NCBI GenBank assembly: GCA_052168235.1
Contig: JBQLZK010000005.1
Location: forward strand, 32,001 to 96,000
Source of the DNA: Thainema sp.
GTDB lineage: Bacteria > Cyanobacteriota > Cyanobacteriia > Phormidesmidales > Phormidesmidaceae
Direction: 5' to 3'
Length of the DNA stretch: 64,000 bases
How positions within the stretch are numbered: position 1 is the stretch's first letter; the number at the start of each line of letters is the position of its first letter. Below, piece by piece: positions 61,483 to 64,000 of the stretch. The translations under genes and the position numbers were made by a program. The notes beneath the pieces were generated by a model. That model was not told where the DNA came from. It saw nothing but the letters and a program-made list of their open reading frames with translations, and ran no database searches.

Positions 61483-62304
61483 TCAGCTCTTTACGCCTGT
61501 CGAGGCGATCCCGCGTATAAACTGGCGCTGCCCAATCAAAAACAGCAGCACAATGGGCAGCGTCGCGATCACCACCGCCGCCATCAGCAGCGGCCAGTCG
61601 CTGGTGTACTGCTCTTGGAACTGAGCCAGCGCAAGCTGTACCGTCTGTAATTCAGGCCGTGTGGTAAACACCAGCGGCTTGAACAAGTCGTTCCATTCCC
61701 CGATAAATGTGAAGAGAAATAGGGTAACCAGCGCAGGACGAGCCAAGGGCAACATAATTTTCCACAGCACCTGGAACCGATTTGCACCGTCGAGCATAGC
61801 CGCTTCCTCTAGCTCAACCGGAATCGATTGGAAATACTGCCGCATCAGGAAAATGCCAAAAGCATTCGCCGCAGTCGGTAAAATCAATGCGCCATAGGTG
61901 TTAATCAGTCCGCCCCAGCGCAGAACCAGGAAAATTGGAATCACCAAAAGTTGAAACGGAATCACCAGTGACGCGACAATGATCAGTAAGAATGCTCGGC
62001 GACCTCGAAACTGGAGACGTGCGATCGCATATCCCGCCAAAGCCGAGGTCACGATCTGAGCCGCTGTTACCGCTAGTGCCACCAGTGTGGAATTGGCATA
62101 GGCCAGCAAGAAATTGCCCTGTTGCCACGCCAATCGATAGCTGTCGAGCGACAACCCCAAAGATTGAAAAATTTTATCCGGGATCGTATTCGGTGGCGCA
62201 AAGGCGCTCAACACCACGACCACCAGCGGCAGCAAAATAATCACTGCTCCGATTGTGAGCAACACAATATTCAGAATCCAAAACCAGCGAGCCTGATTCG
62301 CCAT
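61483..62304 (-). CDS. Carbohydrate ABC transporter permease (MalG-like)
   Basis: EAA loop ELEEAAMLDGA; FIGEWND; several TMs. Confidence 0.93.
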   Translation of the reverse strand: MANQARWFWILNIVLLTIGAVIILLPLVVVVLSAFAPPNTIPDKIFQSLGLSLDSYRLAWQQGNFLLAYANSTLVALAVTAAQIVTSALAGYAIARLQFRGRRAFLLIIVASLVIPFQLLVIPIFLVLRWGGLINTYGALILPTAANAFGIFLMRQYFQSIPVELEEAAMLDGANRFQVLWKIMLPLARPALVTLFLFTFIGEWNDLFKPLVFTTRPELQTVQLALAQFQEQYTSDWPLLMAAVVIATLPIVLLFLIGQRQFIRGIASTGVKS

Positions 62305-62724
62305 GCTGTTGACAATCCTTTGGCAATCCAAATGATTAAAACTTCTAATCAGATCCAATCAAGTATCGCAAGTACTAAGTACTAATGCTTATCTAAAATC
62401 TCTACTTATCGGTTGCGCTTTAACCTCCCTAATCTTTCCTATGACTGCTTGTAAAGCGTAGCTTAGAAACAGTAGGGTGTAGAGAGTGGCAAGATCTAGC
62501 CAAAACAAATTATTTTATAGTTCTGGCAGTCGGAGGGGGACATTTCGCGAGTTTTCTTTACGCTAAAGTAGGGCTGGTGACATTTTTTGTGTCTAGCCAT
62601 GCCAGCAATGCTTGCCGCTTAGCACCATGATCGTTTGATTGTAAAGTCATCAAGCATTCTGGCGCTAACCGCAGCCAATCAACATTCTTGGCTCGTTTGA
62701 TCTAGTAGAGGTGACAGTAGACCT

Positions 62725-63420
62725 ATGCAGCAGCTTGAGGCTAATCCAGTACTTGATTACTATAGCGAGGCGTATCAAAGCGCCTACAGCCGCATCAATG
62801 CGATCGTAATCGAGGGCGAAGAGGAAGCAAACTCCAACTACCAGCAGTTGGCTGAGCTTATGCCAGAACACAAGGAGGAGTTAATCCGTCTGGCTAAGAT
62901 GGAGAACCGCCACAAAAAGGGCTTCCAAGCCTGTGGCCGCAACCTATCCGTTACTCCAGACATGGAGTTTGCCAAGGCATTCTTCGATCAGCTCCATCAG
63001 AACTTTCAGGAGGCATATGCTGAAGGCCGCATTGTCACCTGTTTACTCATTCAATCCCTGATTATTGAGTGCTTTGCTATTTCGGCCTACAACATCTACA
63101 TCCCTGTAGCCGACGACTTTGCGCGTAAGATTACAGAAGGAGTTGTCAAAGATGAGTATCTTCATCTGAACTTTGGCGAAGAGTGGCTCAAAGCGAATTT
63201 TGAGGCATCCAAAGAAGAGCTAGAGCAGGCCAATCGCCAAAACCTACCGCTGGTTTGGAAAATGCTCAATCAAGTTGAAGACGATGCCGCTGTGCTGGGC
63301 ATGGAAAAAGAAGCCCTCGTGGAAGATTTCATGATCAGCTACGGTGAAGCGCTAGGCAACATTGGCTTCAGCAACCGCGACATCATGCGCATGTCCGCTC
63401 ATGGTCTAGCCGCTGCATAG
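62725..63420 (+). CDS. ado: Aldehyde-deformylating oxygenase
   Basis: [30 protein letters not shown] di-iron motifs; upstream of aar. Confidence 0.97.
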   Translation: MQQLEANPVLDYYSEAYQSAYSRINAIVIEGEEEANSNYQQLAELMPEHKEELIRLAKMENRHKKGFQACGRNLSVTPDMEFAKAFFDQLHQNFQEAYAEGRIVTCLLIQSLIIECFAISAYNIYIPVADDFARKITEGVVKDEYLHLNFGEEWLKANFEASKEELEQANRQNLPLVWKMLNQVEDDAAVLGMEKEALVEDFMISYGEALGNIGFSNRDIMRMSAHGLAAA

Positions 63421-63443
63421 ATAAGTAGATTGACATAAAACAC

Positions 63444-63492
63444 ATCTAGAAACTGGGGGAGCGCCCCGGAGGAACACCCCCAGTTTCTAGAT
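63444..63492 (+). terminator. Hairpin between ado and aar
   Basis: ATCTAGAAACTGGGGG...CCCCCAGTTTCTAGAT 16-bp stem. Confidence 0.6.
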
Positions 63493-63744
63493 TATGCATC
63501 TATTTGTATGCAGATTACATGCAGCTACTTATCTTCAGTTCAGCAGCTAGCTAAACGTGAAACCGATCAAGTGGTTCACAGACTGTTTGATCGGTTTTCG
63601 TCTACGAGTAGTTTGTATCAAATGAACATGACGTAAATGCCAAAATCATGTTTTTCTGAATAGGCTGCTCTGATTTGCAGATTACACAATCCCTGTCCAC
63701 CCAATTCTTAACGAGCCTTTGCAGGGCTTTAGCCTGACACAACT

Positions 63745-64000
63745 ATGTTTGGTTTAATCGGTCATCTGACGAGCTTAGAACACGCCCAATCCGTTGCTAG
63801 AGATTTAGGATATCCAGAATATGCCGACCAAGGTCTTGATTTTTGGTGTAGCGCACCGCCACAAATCGTAGATGACTTTTCGGTCGTTAGCGTCACGGGA
63901 CAAACCATTGAAGGACGCTATGTCGAATCCTGTTTCTTGCCGGAAATGCTAGCCACCCGCCGCATCAAGGCCGCAACCCGCAAGATTATCAATGCGATGG
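63745..64000 (+). CDS. aar: Long-chain acyl-ACP reductase (5' part; runs off the window end)
   Basis: Manual translation [43 protein letters not shown]...[11 protein letters not shown]. Confidence 0.96.
   Translation, partial: MFGLIGHLTSLEHAQSVARDLGYPEYADQGLDFWCSAPPQIVDDFSVVSVTGQTIEGRYVESCFLPEMLATRRIKAATRKIINAM

Larger units (their letters stand above)
1..64000. repeat. HIP1 octamer GCGATCGC, highly iterated, often as TGCGATCGCA
   Basis: Dozens of copies seen by eye across most genes. Confidence 0.95.

Noticed and set aside
62371..62385. AGTACTAAGTACT as a LexA box
   Set aside because: Half-site spacing is one base shorter than the cyanobacterial RGTAC-N3-DGTWCB consensus

Overview
Chromosomal window from a cyanobacterium, probably filamentous. 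Evidence: dense HIP1 GCGATCGC palindromes, the ado-aar alkane genes, and cyanobacterial-type ftsZ/ftsQ, ispH and ubiA/plqA. It is mostly housekeeping or conserved genes (ftsZ partial, ftsQ, ispH, bolA-grxD, PgpH-like HD protein, LCP, MoxR/DUF58, ubiA, glmM, lptA, ado, aar partial) interspersed with accessory material. The accessory material comprises: an intact HEPN/MNT toxin-antitoxin pair; a BMP lipoprotein plus Cache histidine-kinase signalling cluster with an output-less Cache-HAMP protein; a six-gene surface glycosylation locus; an AT-rich SLATT-like membrane gene divergent from a patatin; a DUF433 antitoxin whose PIN-like toxin appears internally deleted next to a HIP1 site; an unannotated 38-aa hydrophobic ORF with a sequestered RBS; and many MITE/REP-like palindromic elements. 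I saw no rRNA, tRNA, CRISPR array or autonomous transposase. All family assignments are by eye from motifs; no searches were run.
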